A stretch of 63,434 nucleotides of DNA, the filler included, from Octopus bimaculoides (taxonomy: Eukaryota), in the NCBI RefSeq assembly GCF_001194135.2. It is 3 parts of 3 records of this genome, joined end to end, with 100 filler letters (N's around TTAATTAATTAA, not from the genome) between each part and the next. Parts side by side here need not be neighbours in the genome. Positions count along the whole stretch, not along the records: positions 1 to 31,230 come from NC_068996.1; 2 more parts are not named here. One strand, given 5' to 3'. Positions 11,160-22,799 of this stretch are shown here, piece after piece. How positions within the stretch are numbered: position 1 is the stretch's first letter; every line of letters begins with the position of its first letter. A program made the position numbers and the translations under genes. The notes beneath the pieces were generated by a model that was not told the DNA's origin, made no database searches, and saw only the letters and a list, made by a program, of their open reading frames with translations.

Positions 11160-12205
11160 GGGGATTATCACATACACTTTTCTTCCCTTTCTTTTTGTAC
11201 AAATGCAATATAGATGCATCTTTGAAATGATGGAGAACAAATCTAGTTTCCCAAACCAAACAGATCAATTTACACAGCTTGCTTACAAGTTGTCTGCTAC
11301 CGTGCTTGTACACATCTATGGGAATATCATTTTGTCCAAGGGCTTTACCATTGGAAAGTTTTTTGATAGCAGTACTTATCTCTTCCAAGGAAGGATGTTT
11401 CACTAGTTCTTCAATTATAGATCACTGAGGATTTTGTTGATTACATCAGCATCAGTAATGGATTCTTGATTTGATATAGATTAAAAATGTTCAGCCCATC
11501 TTTTCAGAATTTCCTCTTTCCTACTTAAGAGTTTTGTTTCATCATTACAGAGAATAGATTCTGTACTACCTTTTTTGGGAGCCAAACACATTTTTCAAAA
11601 TGTTATATAGTGTTCTCAAGTTGTGAGAGTTAGCAGCCTGCTCCAATTCTTAAGCTATTTTTGTCCACCAAATTTTTCATCTCATGCAGTTTTCTGCATA
11701 ATTTTTCTAGAGGAGATGTATAGGAATCTGGAGATTGGTGAGTTTTTGTCTGAGATCCATGTCTTGTGTCTCTTGTGAAAAATTTCTAGGAGAGGTTTAA
11801 TTTGAGAATCGTTCTTGTTGGTGTTTGTATTTCATAAATCCTAGAACTACTTCAGAAGATGATCTGATGCTGTCACAAATATTATGCCACAACACTTCAG
11901 GCATTCCTCTATTTCTGAAAGCTTTGAATTTAAATATTTTTCAAAATTTTTTTTGTCATTTCTGGATTTTTTAAAGAAGCAATATCTATTCTCAGATATA
12001 AACTGGATTTCAGTGGCCTCTTTCCATATGATTCAACAAATACCTTGCTGGGGACCATTCTGTGATCCAAGTAACACTTGGGAGTTTTGTGAGTTCTGGT
12101 GAATCTGAAATCACTGCAATCCTCGTTCTTAGTTATAACATAGTCCAGCATGTACCAGTGACCAGATCATAGATGCTTCCAGATGCTTTTGTATTTATCT
12201 ACCTG
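11160..12205 (-). mobile_element. RTE-clade LINE fragment (APE end to RT start)
   Basis: MLDYVITK...CYLDHRMV (APE C-terminus, ORF 11930-12151); PSLEEISTAIKKLSNGKALG...FKDASILHLYKKKGKKSVCDN (ORF 11140-11403). Confidence 0.85.
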
Positions 12206-12219
12206 CCTAAGCACTATAT

Positions 12220-13860
12220 TTGGTGAAGTTCCAATCCCATTCATCTAGAGGCCATGTACCTGTAGAAGAAACCTCACTGGCCAGCAGAAGTCAAATGCTA
12301 CTCAAGGAGAAGATTATTGGTTGGTACCAGTTTCTTGAAAAATCAATTAAAGACAGAAAGGAGAGAGTGGTGGAAATATCAAGAGAGGTGGCACTACTGT
12401 GGAGAGAGAAACTGAATTTTCCAATTATTTCCAAGCTCGAAAATGTGCTTCATTTATATGACAAATGCACCAAGAAAGGAAAATTTGAGCCATTAGAAGA
12501 ACTATTCAATATTACCAAAATCTGCAGTGAATGGCTCAATGCTGATGACAAAACGCTGTACACCATCCAACTCCAAAGCAAGGGCAAAGTGGATTATTCA
12601 ACAAGCAAAGCTGCAAGCAAGCACACTATCCATCTTCCAAGAGAATATGCTCTGATGCTGAAACTTCCCATTCTTTATCAAACTCAACAGCTCTGGATAC
12701 TGACAGTGATTCTGAAGAAGAAGAGATTGAAGAGTACAATTATGGGGAAGATGACAGTTGATCAAAATGATAGCCTTACGCAAGAAGGCACAACAAATTT
12801 ACAATTGATACGAGAGTTGTAACTGGAATAAATGTCTCTAGCAACAAAGCTGTGAAAATCCTCAGATAATTGTCAGAGGAGGACATTGATATCCCAGCTC
12901 CTAGTCAGCAAGGCATTTGCAATTCACTGTTCAAGAAAGCTGGTGAAATGAAGAAATGATTGATCGATATGCTACACAATAAGAAACGGGGCCTGTATTT
13001 TGATGGTAAACATATTGACAAAAATGAATATCAAAAGGTTGTCATCAAGAATGAAACAAGTGAAATCAGTCTGGCTCCTCTGAAGCTGTATGAATGCAAG
13101 GCTGAGGCCATTGTAGAAAGATTGAAAAGCATCAAGGATGAATTTCACTTGTGGGGTGCAATCTCAATGATTATTGCTGATACGATGAGTGTGAATACAG
13201 GATGAAAGAGTGGGGTAGTGGTGAGACTGCAGAGAATGGTCTTGAATAAAGGCTGTCCAACACCATGTCTTGGATAGAATACTGCAGCACGAACAATTCA
13301 TTTAACATCAAATATTTTCTTGTCAAATAACTCATAACAAGTTATGAAGAAATCCAAGGCACCTTCCGGAATGGAACTTGTGAGTGAAGATCAAGTTTCT
13401 GTTCCACTTAACCCATGCCCTCAGGCTCTTCCATGAAAAGGGAGACATACTTTTCATCAAGTTTCAGAAAATTCTGAACATCAGTAATGCTAGACGGAAT
13501 TCACAAGCAATCTTAGCTCTTCTTGTATTTTGCCTCATGTCACACGTGAGAGATTGCAGATGGTCTGCCAGTTCATCTCATATGACTGGCCAGATCACTG
13601 GTTTAGTGACCAAGTGTATAGAGCTGAAGATTATGCAGAGCTATCGCAAGCCTTACTACCCTACATGACTCCTTTGAAATGCTTGACACAGGAACCCTCA
13701 AGACTAAACATCAGCAGAAGAAATCAATGCTGTGAGTCAGCAATTAAGGTCATGCAAGAACTACATGCCATATACAAGATCAAAACCAGCCTGCTGCCAT
13801 TGTGTTCCATTCTCTCTATTAGACTTGCAGCAACTTGACTATTGTCTAATTTGACTTTAT
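12220..13860 (+). pseudogene. DDE transposase pseudogene, hAT-related (hATm-like, tentative)
   Basis: Broken frames give LYFDGKH, MIIADTMSVNTG*KSGVVVRLQ, QHHVLDRIL, NISNARRNSQAILAL, RRNQCCESAIKVMQEL, i.e. FDGK / DTxxxNTG / CxHH-like / SNxxERAxK-like motifs. Many stops; termini not identified. Confidence 0.7.
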
Positions 13861-14169
13861 ATGATTTACAGTCATTTTATTGTTCCGGAATGAAGAATAC
13901 AGTTCTTTTATTAGTTATGGATTATAATTTTTGGGATTTTTTTTCTCTTTTTTGTTTATTATTCTATAAGGGTTCTAGTTTTTGGAAATCCACTCAAATG
14001 CAATCAACTGTAAAAATTTCAGAGTTAGTCATGGGTGAACATTTTGATCAAATACAAAAAAAAAAAACATTGATTTGTCATTGTCTTCTAGCAAAAATTC
14101 ATCAGAATATGATTACAGGATTATGGAGTTACAAACAAGTTGTATCCTTAGTGCACACAGCATGGTAAG

Positions 14170-14330
14170 ATTCCATGACCAGGTTTTGGGTAGATGTTCT
14201 GCTTGCTATGGACAACCCTCCTGATCCATTGTCATCTCCTCTGTAAGGCTCAGCATCTTGAGATCAGCTTTCACAACCGTAGCCCATACTGATTGGCAAA
14301 GATCTCTGATAACATTTACTAAGACATTTG
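14170..14330 (-). mobile_element. RTE-like LINE 3' fragment
   Basis: Minus strand VWATVVKADLKMLSLTEEMTMDQEG, like the RTE terminal TW.EVVK.DL..L.L..EM..DR motif. Confidence 0.55.
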
Positions 14331-14645
14331 GAGATGATGCAATTCTATTTAGTGCATCATCTTTATGAAACAATCAATTAGTATTGCATTATCTTCGAAG
14401 AACACAATTGAAAGGACACAAGAAGAATTCCATCCTACAATGTTTTATATCAACAGCTTGAACCTTGCCATTTTGCAAGTAGATCTTGTGATTCAGTTCC
14501 TTCATCATTTATATTGTTCCTGATACTAAATCTCCTGGACATAAGTCTAAATATGGACAAATGCCGAAGGAACTCAGATCTATAACGATAAGTAGATAGA
14601 AATAGATTCTGCTGAATTTAGAAAGTTTATTGGATTGATTACATG

Positions 14646-14682
<37 letters not shown>

Positions 14683-14759
14683 ACGCACGCACACACACAC
14701 ACACGCACACACACACACACACACATGAATGCATAAATGTACATATAAACTTATATATG

Positions 14760-15178
14760 AATACATCACCTTCATTGGACACGTAACTCAGCTTGCGAAG
14801 ACTTATTGGGGCAAGCGAAAGCAAAATCGGGATAACACCTGTGCCCAGCGTCGCCTTTCTGGCACTTGTGCCCGTGACATGTGTAAAGATTTTTGAGCGA
14901 GATTGTTGCTAGTGCCCTGGACTGGCTCTTATGTGGGTAGCACATAAAATACACCATTTTCAGCGTGGCCGTTGCCAGTACCGCCTGACTGGCCTTCGTG
15001 CCAGTGGCACATAAAAGCACCCACTACACTCTCTGAGTGGTTGGCGTTAGGAAGGGCATCCAGCTGTAGAAACTCTACCAGATCAGATTGGAGCCTGGTG
15101 TTGCCATCTGGTTTCACCAGTCCTCAGTCAAATCGTCCAACCCATGGACATTAAACGATGATGATGATGATGATGATG
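14760..15178 (+). mobile_element. SINE family C with (GAT)n tail
   Basis: Body AAAAGCACCCACTACACTCTCTGAGTGGTTGGCGTTAGGAAGGGCATCCAGCTGTAGAAAC; tail 15157-15178. Confidence 0.9.
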
Positions 15179-15989
15179 TATAGAAATACATGACAGGTAT
15201 ACATAATATTGAAATACGCAACCCATATTGATTCCTGTGTGTAGAAAACAATGGCTTCATAACGTAAACACATGCAGACAAATACATTAACAAATCAAAT
15301 TTTAAAAAATAATAACATACAAAACACTATAGAAATCATTGAAGAGACAAAAGAAACAGTAAGATGACACATGTTGACTTTATTAAGTAACAGTTCATTT
15401 TACAGACGCTAAACTATAAATTTCACAGGGTACAATCTTTAAGTTGACACCACTTCAATACAGAAAATTTTTGTCTCAATATTGACTAAAATACAGTTTT
15501 TCTTTTTTTTTTCCAATTTTTAAACGCCTGTAACTTTTTCGACAAATGTTTTCTCCACAAGATCATAGCTTCACAGGATTAAGCGTGGAAAGCTGCATCA
15601 ATATAACCGATTTTCAAGTTTTTACTTCCTTTCATAGAATACAGGTTTTGTGAATGAATTTAACGACATACGCAACGGTTACGTTTTTTACCGTCTACAA
15701 GTTTTAATAGAATTATTGCCGTTGCGAAAGCTGTTGTTACTATTGTTCCGAATATTAAACTGAACATTGTTATTGTATCCATACTGTGAAGTTACGGTTA
15801 CTTGACGCTCCTTAAGTTGTAATAGTGTTTATAATCCTTTTGGCATTCTAAAGCCCTGTGTTTTCACTTTTATGTTACCACCGTGTCCTGGATTGCGCCG
15901 ATAATATTTTGTTTAGAAAGACCCCTTGTTTTGGAGGAGATGCGCAACAAAATATATTGATTTTTAACAACTTAGGGAAAAAAACAAAT

Positions 15990-16130
15990 ATTTTGCCGCT
16001 TTGCTTATTTATTTAAAGATGGCTGATAAAGAAGTCATCATAATGTTCCTCGACGACGCGTTCCTTGGCGGAGAAAAAACAAAATAATGACGTAGCGTGG
16101 AACTCACATGATGACGTCACTGAGGCGAAA
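15990..16130. promoter_or_regulatory. Candidate promoter: CRE palindrome, half-CRE and YY1-like motif in CpG-retaining unique DNA
   Basis: AAGATGGC 16016-16023, TGACGTAG 16088-16095, TGACGTCA 16112-16119. Motif matches only; no transcript evidence. Confidence 0.35.
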
Positions 16131-16349
16131 ACAGTTTCGTCTTTAAGCAACGTCAAGAGATTAGGTGATTATGACGACAACAACAGCAGCAGCACTAGCA
16201 GACGTGGCAAATAACAACAACAGCAACAACTATATCAACAACAACGATGACGATATTAACAAAGTGAAACTTAGAAACGCTATTAACATCATTGCCACCG
16301 TCACCACAACTGCCTCCGCTTCAGTGGAGGTTTCTTTTGCGATTGCTAC

Positions 16350-19300
16350 GAGAAATTTGGAAGATTTCCGCATAGATGAAGAAGATCTGAAAATGATCAG
16401 AAAAATTGTTGAAAGGAATGGGAGAAGGGTAGCACTAAACCCTCCATCCGACGTGAACGAGAATCTTATGATGTAAGGGCACATACCGCTGCATCGGAGT
16501 TAAATCACGCCGGGTGAAAAATGCTTCTGAGAGCCAAATACCAAAAATGCCTTGGTACGTGTTTGAGCCGTTTGAACAGAAGAGCCACATCACCCGATGA
16601 AAGAAATTTGAAACTATTGAGGTGAGATTTAAGACCGAAGAAGAAGTCAGGTGTCATTGAGCGACCACTTTGAGGAATGAAAACTGACCCTAACCCTAAC
16701 CCTACCTATCGCGGCCAACGCCTTGCTAAGATTAGGATGTTGAACGTGCCATCAGAAATATCCATCACCTGGTCCTGGCAGGTTTAGAAGACGATGTGAC
16801 AATATTGGAGGTCACGAAAATATCTAAGCAAAACTGGTCAGGTATAGGTATGGAATTGACTTTACAATGTCAGCAAGCCTATATCGACCAACTACCCGAT
16901 CTAATCGATCCTCTGCATGGTACTCACCTGTCAGTGTTAGTGGAGGATAGAAGGCCATGATATCACATATGTAGGTCTATGGTTCGCTAAAAGGCTTTCT
17001 GCCCAGAAACAAGAAAAACTAAACTCCACTGCTGCCAACACGACAGACACCACAAACGCAAAATCATGAAAACGTGCCCAAGACTCCTACACCCACACCC
17101 ATACCAAGACAAAGAAGGAGTTTACCCCCGGTTGCCATGGAAAAACAAGCTTCTCCTGAGCGCTCTGCCTCCCAAACCAACATCAACTGCAATGACATGG
17201 AGTAAGAAGAGCTGACCAAACAAAGGATCACTTATGACAAAAGGGGGTAGGCAAATGAGGGGGAGAGTACATAGCCCTGCTCCAAGAGCTCAGCAACCCA
17301 ATTCACAACCACTCCAATAAAACCAAGAACAAGAACAGCAACTTCAAAAACAACATCATTAACAACACTATGAAACCACAGAAACACAGAAACAACCAAT
17401 TACAGAACATCAGAAACAGGAATATTCATCAAATTGCAGACGAAAGGTATCCATCAATTTCACTGTTGTAAACAAGCGCAACAGTGAATTGACGGATTTT
17501 ATAAGTCAAAACAAAAACAAAATAGAAACAGAGGAAAAGGAATTTGAGGATTTTATCCTCAAAACCCCGAAAGACAGACTATTACTTAAAAGGTGGTCAG
17601 ACGTTTATAAAACAATCCGAGAAAAATTCCCATGTATTGTAGAGATTTTTAATAATTCAGTTGATAAAAGGCTTTTGGAAGAGCCTTTAAAAAAAAACAT
17701 TCGCCAGTAGTGAGGCTCAGAATTTCCGAGCTCCTCGAAAATCAAGGTGAGTAACTTCCTCTTTTTCTTTCTCCGACTAGCATGACTGTGTTGAGAATGG
17801 GATGTGCGAATGTACGTGGCCTGGGATCAGATTGGAAGCAAGGTCACTTGCTCAACGATCTCAGGTCGCTTGATTTAAATGTAACTGCAATTAGCGAAAC
17901 AAAGATCTCCGGAAAACACGTTCTAGCATCCATTTCGAGGACTATGAGTTGTTCTCATCTTGTGATCTATCAGGAGCGAGTGGCGATGTAGCAGTGCTAC
18001 TCCGGAAGTCCTTAGATCTCCAAGTATGGGTTATCTTCTTTGATCCGGATGGTAGGATAAAGAGATCCTGGACGAGAATGGCAGCGAAGGTGACGCCTTT
18101 TGACCTGTGATGGTTTATATTCCAAAAGGAGCTGGAAGACCAGATTTCTTCAGGCGTCTAGAAATATTCTTGGGAACGTCTCGCACTTTAGGACTAGTGG
18201 GGGACTGGAATAGTATTTTGGACACAAAGAAGGATTTTGCGGGTTTAGTACATAGCAGAAGTGGGTGTAAAAGCCTCAAAAACCTGCTCAGGACTTTCCA
18301 GCTTTCTGATAGATAACGACTGGATTCCCTGATGTGTAGACATGGAGCAACCACAACGGGTCATCAAGATTGTATTTAGATAGCGTATTTATTAGGCCAG
18401 AGGATAGGGATAGTATAGGCTGTCCACAATTTAAATTAGCCGACTACACAGATCACAAATTTGTGACATGCACAGTCGATTTAGATAGGACCCGTAGACA
18501 TGGACCCGGTTATTGGTAGTTGAATGCGTCCTTAGCGACATACAGAGAGTACACGAAGGGACTACAGCCGTCGGATGGGCCCGAACAGCAGTGACGTAAC
18601 ATGGAAACAAAACCACGATCATGTCTTTGACAGATCAGGACGGTTCTGAACAGATGTGTGCGGCTTTCCAGCAGCACTTTGCGCGGCTGTTTGGGGAAGG
18701 TGATGGGTCGATGACGGTATCGGGCTTTACTTTGTACCAAGACAGCCTACCACAGCTCTCGTAATGGACGTGAGATTCTGCGAAAAGCCGATTACAGCCT
18801 CTGGAATACGGGAGGCGATGAGCGATTGCACAAGTCGCAAATCACCCGGTTTGGGTGGTCTGCCCTTTGAATTCTGTGTTCATGCCATGTTTGTTTAGCA
18901 GCCTTTTGGCAGATGTCTACATTAACTGGCAACAGAACAGAAGAAATCCTAGTACTGTTAGCCGGAGTTGGTAACACTGTCGAGAAAGGACGCCGACGAT
19001 GGGGACGTGCTAGGGAATTTTCGGCCCATAACTCTGCTAAACACAGAGTTTAAGATTTCGGCGAAAGTGTTAGCTAAAAGGTTGGCGCTTGTTGGTAATC
19101 CTGTCGGAGAGGCACAAACGTGTACAATCCCGAGCAGGTCTATCCACGACAACCACCACCTAGAATGCCATCATGTAATCACTATCCTCTGCAAGTCGGA
19201 CAATAGCATCAGTTGATGTTTCACTTTAGCTATATACAGAGGATTAGTAGCGAGGAAGTGCGACGAGGTCCTGGGGGCAGGGGGGGACCCTAGGCGTCGA

Positions 19301-20105
19301 CGAAGACGAACTGGCTAGTCTATTCCGGAGGACTTTTTGGTCAGGGACTTCTATGGATAATTTTCAGATGTCTTTAGCTTGGCAGTGCTATCGGTTCGAA
19401 ATAAACTCTACATGTGCTGTCCGACTGACTTTTCCGAGGTGCTCGCAGAGCGACGAAACCGTTCTGCATGCACTCGTTCAGTGTCCGAGCATTGCTGACT
19501 CGTGGAGTTATGTCGAACAGCTGCTGTCACGTGGAGGACAGATCCGTCTGTCGTCGGAGCTTATAATGACGATTGCCCCGCCGCCCTCCTTTAAGAGGGC
19601 AGATAAAGCAGTTTTCCTCTGCCTGGTTGATGTGGCGAAAGAGGTTGTCTGGTGGACGAGGCTGAAAGGAATGAGGACAGAGACATTCCTCCTTGGTAAA
19701 GTCTCATCGACTTTTTCCAGTTTCAATTGAAAAAGAAAGTGGGAGTGGAGAGGGAGATGCTGTCCACGAGTAAATCTATCAAAAGGTTGGTGTGAAAGTT
19801 GCGAAAATGGCAGTGTAGACCTGCGAGTCGGAAGAAAGAAGTTGGAGAGGGCTCTCGTCCTTGGTATTCTGGGTGATCTTGGATGGTGGGGTTCTTTGAT
19901 TATCCCTAAAGGTCCTCCTGAATCAGGGGAATCCTATCACGATCTTTTTCCCCCTCTTTTTCTAGTGGCATATACTATGTATATTTCCCTTCTTCTAATG
20001 TATACCGTGTCTATTTTATCATTCCATTATATGTAGACCTCAACACTTTATGATTGTCTTTGTATTGTCCCCCTCGTTCTTCGCCCTGGTGGCAAATAAA
20101 AAAAA
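16350..20105 (+). mobile_element. L1-clade (Tx1-like) LINE: degenerate ORF1 + ORF2 with RT core deleted, A-rich 3' end
   Basis: ORF1 remnants MPWYVFEPF...YRGQRLAKIRMLNVP...LVEDRRP*YHICRSM..KAFCP (decayed CCHC); ORF2 starts at 17782 MTVLRMGCANVRGL..AISETK, GDWNSILD, TDHKFV, FRPITLLNTEFKISAKVLAKRL, then jumps at ~19160-19230 to SLAWQCYR...CSQSDETVLHALVQCP; ends AAATAAAAAAAA at ~20095-20106. 5' boundary approximate. Confidence 0.9.

Positions 20106-20106
<1 letters not shown>

Positions 20107-20160
<54 letters not shown>
20107..20160. repeat. (TAT)n / (AAT)n microsatellite
   Basis: Directly visible; joins the L1 tail and the 3' end of the minus-strand Dong-like element. Confidence 0.97.
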
Positions 20161-20430
20161 GACTTTTAATCTGCATGCTTGTTACATTCAGTTGTCGAGA
20201 CACACCCAGCGTCCTGGGGTGAGTGAACGATAAGAAATGCTACAGTATGACTGAAAGTTTGGGGAGGGACGGTGGTGAAATATCTTCGTATAATACAACA
20301 CAGACATTTAAATTGATAGGGTTTTTCTAAGGATGTGGGCAGTACTTGTCAGCACAATCTTTTGGATTCCTCTGAGATATGGTTCTCCTGGCATATTATC
20401 TAGATGTTTCTGACATCCCTTTTTATCATA
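20161..20430 (-). mobile_element. R4/Dong-like LINE 3' end attached to (TAA)n
   Basis: Minus strand MIKKGCQKHLDNMPGEPYLRGIQKIVLTSTAHILRKTLSI*, then 3' UTR, then GATTAAAAGTC(AAT)n. Confidence 0.75.
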
Positions 20431-21205
20431 ACATGCACAATCCTGAGTAGGTCTCTCCACGACAACCTTATGTGATACATCATTGAGAGGGTTGGAACTA
20501 AAGCTGGCTTTGGTGGGGCCCTGATCAATTTAAATCAATCGAAAGCTTTCAATAAGGTCGACCATCGCAATTTGGAAGCCACCCTTAAAGCGGCCGGTTG
20601 TTTCGGACACGTTTTCAGAGGTTGCATCGCTGCAATAGATGACCACCTATCGTAACCGTTTAGTACTGCACGTTCGGTCCGTCAGGGCTGCTCACTGTCA
20701 CCTCTTTTATATGTGCTGGCTCTCGAGCTACTTCTTCAGAAGTTGGAACAATTAAGAGGCATCTCTTTTGAAATTGTTTACTTTCTTGTGGAAGGGACGC
20801 GTTCCAATGGTGATGCGGTTAATTTGCTGCCAACTCCCTCTGCCTGGCGGCTTAGGCATGCCATGGCTTTTGATGCACAAACACACACTCAGGTTGCATC
20901 ACCAGGAACGATTTGTAGAAGGTGAAAGTGTGGGGGCTCCATTTGTAAGACACGCCTTTCTATGGCTCGTTTCTTCGACGGTGTTGCAGTACTGGGTAAA
21001 AGATAGGTCAGGGCTGCCCGCTGTCACCTCTTCTGAATGTGCTGACTCTCGAGCCACTGACGTGGGAGAGCAGTGTCTGCATACGCAGACGACGTCACCG
21101 TCATGGTATCGGACGCCTCCGAAGTGTAAAGGAATATGGGTCGGTTGCTGGGACTAAAATCAATGCTGACAAGTCAGTGGGTTTGCGACTGGGCACCTGG
21201 AGAGG
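20431..21205 (+). mobile_element. Tx1-like RT fragments, rearranged
   Basis: RSLHDNL, ALINLNQSKAFNKVDH, VRQGCSLSPLLYVLALE (~20680), LFTFLWKGRVPMV..GGLGMPWL, a second QGCPLSPLL (~21008), AYADDVTV (YADD 21082-21093), KINADKSVGLRLGTWR. Confidence 0.85.
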
Positions 21206-21211
21206 TATATA

Positions 21212-21676
21212 GATTATTATTATTATTCCTTCGTATCACAGTGTAGGTAAAAATGCACCAGAGTCTTTAGTCATCTATCAAGTCACAACAAGGACCTCAT
21301 ATATATTTTCCTTCGCCTGACTGGCCCTCGTGCTGGTGGCACGTAAAAGCACCCACTACACTCACGGAGTGGTTGGCGTTAGGAAGGGCATCCAGTTGTA
21401 GAAACTCTGCCAGATCAAATTGGAGCCTGGTGTAGCCATCTAGCTCGCCAGTCCTCAGTCAAATCGTCCAACCCATGCTAGCATGGAAAGCGGACATTAA
21501 ACGATGATGCCTAATAAGGTTGCTTTTTGCAAGACATCAATCTTGCATGAGATTTCCAGTTGCCATAAGATGTCTTGAAGTTTTAATGAAATTGAGTCCA
21601 GCGCTCCAATCACCACTGGTATCACTTTTGCATTACCCTCTCACATTCCATACAGTCTTACCATTTCCACTTTCAA
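21212..21676 (-). mobile_element. 5'-truncated R4/Dong-like LINE flanked by (TAA)n on both sides, interrupted by SINE C
   Basis: Minus strand KVEMVRLY...KVIPVVIGALDSISLKL...VLQKATLLG (21672-21512), SINE insertion, then RKIYEVLVVT* + UTR + (AAT)n at ~21212-21226; 5' flank is (AAT)n 21677-21740. Confidence 0.7.
21318..21510 (+). mobile_element. SINE family C, 3' half
   Basis: GCCTGACTGGCCCTCGTGCTGGTGGCACGTAAAAGCACCC...GCATGGAAAGCGGACATTAAACGATGATG. Confidence 0.9.
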
Positions 21677-21740
<64 letters not shown>

Positions 21741-21768
21741 CTTCCTCCTCCTCCTCCTCCTCCCTGTT
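21677..21768. repeat. (TAT)n + (CCT)n microsatellite
   Basis: Directly visible. Confidence 0.95.
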
Positions 21769-21829
21769 TCATGTCATATAAAATAACTTCCAGATTCATT
21801 CATAAAGTCATAAAGTGTTACAAGTGAGG

Positions 21830-21975
21830 AGATGAAGTGGTTTTCAGGAAGAGCCAGCATAATACAGAATGTGACAGGGTTGGCCCTTTTGAATTACAGG
21901 TATAGCTCACTTTTGCCAGCTGGATGGACTGGAGTATTGTGTCTTGCTCAAGGACACAATGTGATGTTAGGAACA
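21830..21975 (-). mobile_element. SINE family D fragment
   Basis: CTTTTGCCAGCTGGATGGACTGGAGTATTGTGTCTTGCTCAAGGACACAATG core, reversed. Confidence 0.65.
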
Positions 21976-22024
21976 GAAGCCCCAAACTTATAATCGCAAA
22001 CGAAATATATATGTATATAAATGT

Positions 22025-22267
22025 AATGTGTGTGTGTGCGTGTGTGCGTGTGTGCGTGCGATTATGTACACACACACATACACACATGATGAGCTTTGTG
22101 CAGTGCGTGCATGTGTGTGTGCATGTGTGCGTGCGCTTATGTACACACACACACACACATGATGAGCTTTGTGCAGTGTGTGTGTGTGCATGCGCTTATG
22201 TACAGACACACGCACACACACACATGATGAGCTTTGTGTAGTGTGTGTGTGTGCGTGCACGCTTATG

Positions 22268-22301
<34 letters not shown>

Positions 22302-22320
22302 ATAAGCTTTGTGTAGTTTA
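22025..22320. repeat. Compound minisatellite: fixed spacers alternating with (TG)n and (CA)n tracts
   Basis: CATGAT(G/A)AGCTTTGTG(C/T)AG recurs at ~22084, 22158, 22223 and 22298; GCTTATGTA recurs between them. Confidence 0.9.
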
Positions 22321-22544
22321 CATCAAAGAAATCCACTCAGAAGGCATTGGTCAGCCTGGGACTTATTAGTAGCAGACACTTGCCCAGGGTGTCGTGCAGT
22401 GGGAAAGAACTTGAAACTCCACAGTTACAAAATGTATTTCTAAACCACTTGGCTTCACCTCAAGACGATCCAACATCTCTTTCTAACAAGTCAACAAGGT
22501 ATTGTTGCAATGGTGGTTTTTCCTTAAATTCTATACTTTTTCTC

Positions 22545-22756
22545 TTTTTACTCACTTTACTTGTTTCAGTCATTTGACTGTGCCATGCTGGAGCACCACC
22601 TTTAGTCAAGCAAATCGACCCCAAGACTTATTCTTTGTAAGCCTAGTACTTATTCTATCGGTCTCTTTTGCCAAACCGCTAAGTGACAAGGACATAAACA
22701 CACCAGCATCGATTGTCAAGCGATGTTGGGGGGATAAACACAGATACACAACAGAT

Positions 22757-22799
<43 letters not shown>

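Noticed and set aside
14400-14580. Minus-strand exon SEFLRHLSIFRLMSRRFSIRNN..
   Set aside because: Acceptable acceptor, but a weak donor, an early stop and no recognisable homology.
16165-16476. 103-aa ORF upstream of L1 ORF1 as a host gene
   Set aside because: The N-terminal half is low-complexity (ACA/GCA repeats) and the rest probably belongs to the degenerate L1 5' region.
16688-16704. Telomeric (CCCTAA)n
   Set aside because: Under three units inside L1 ORF1; explained by a small slippage duplication.
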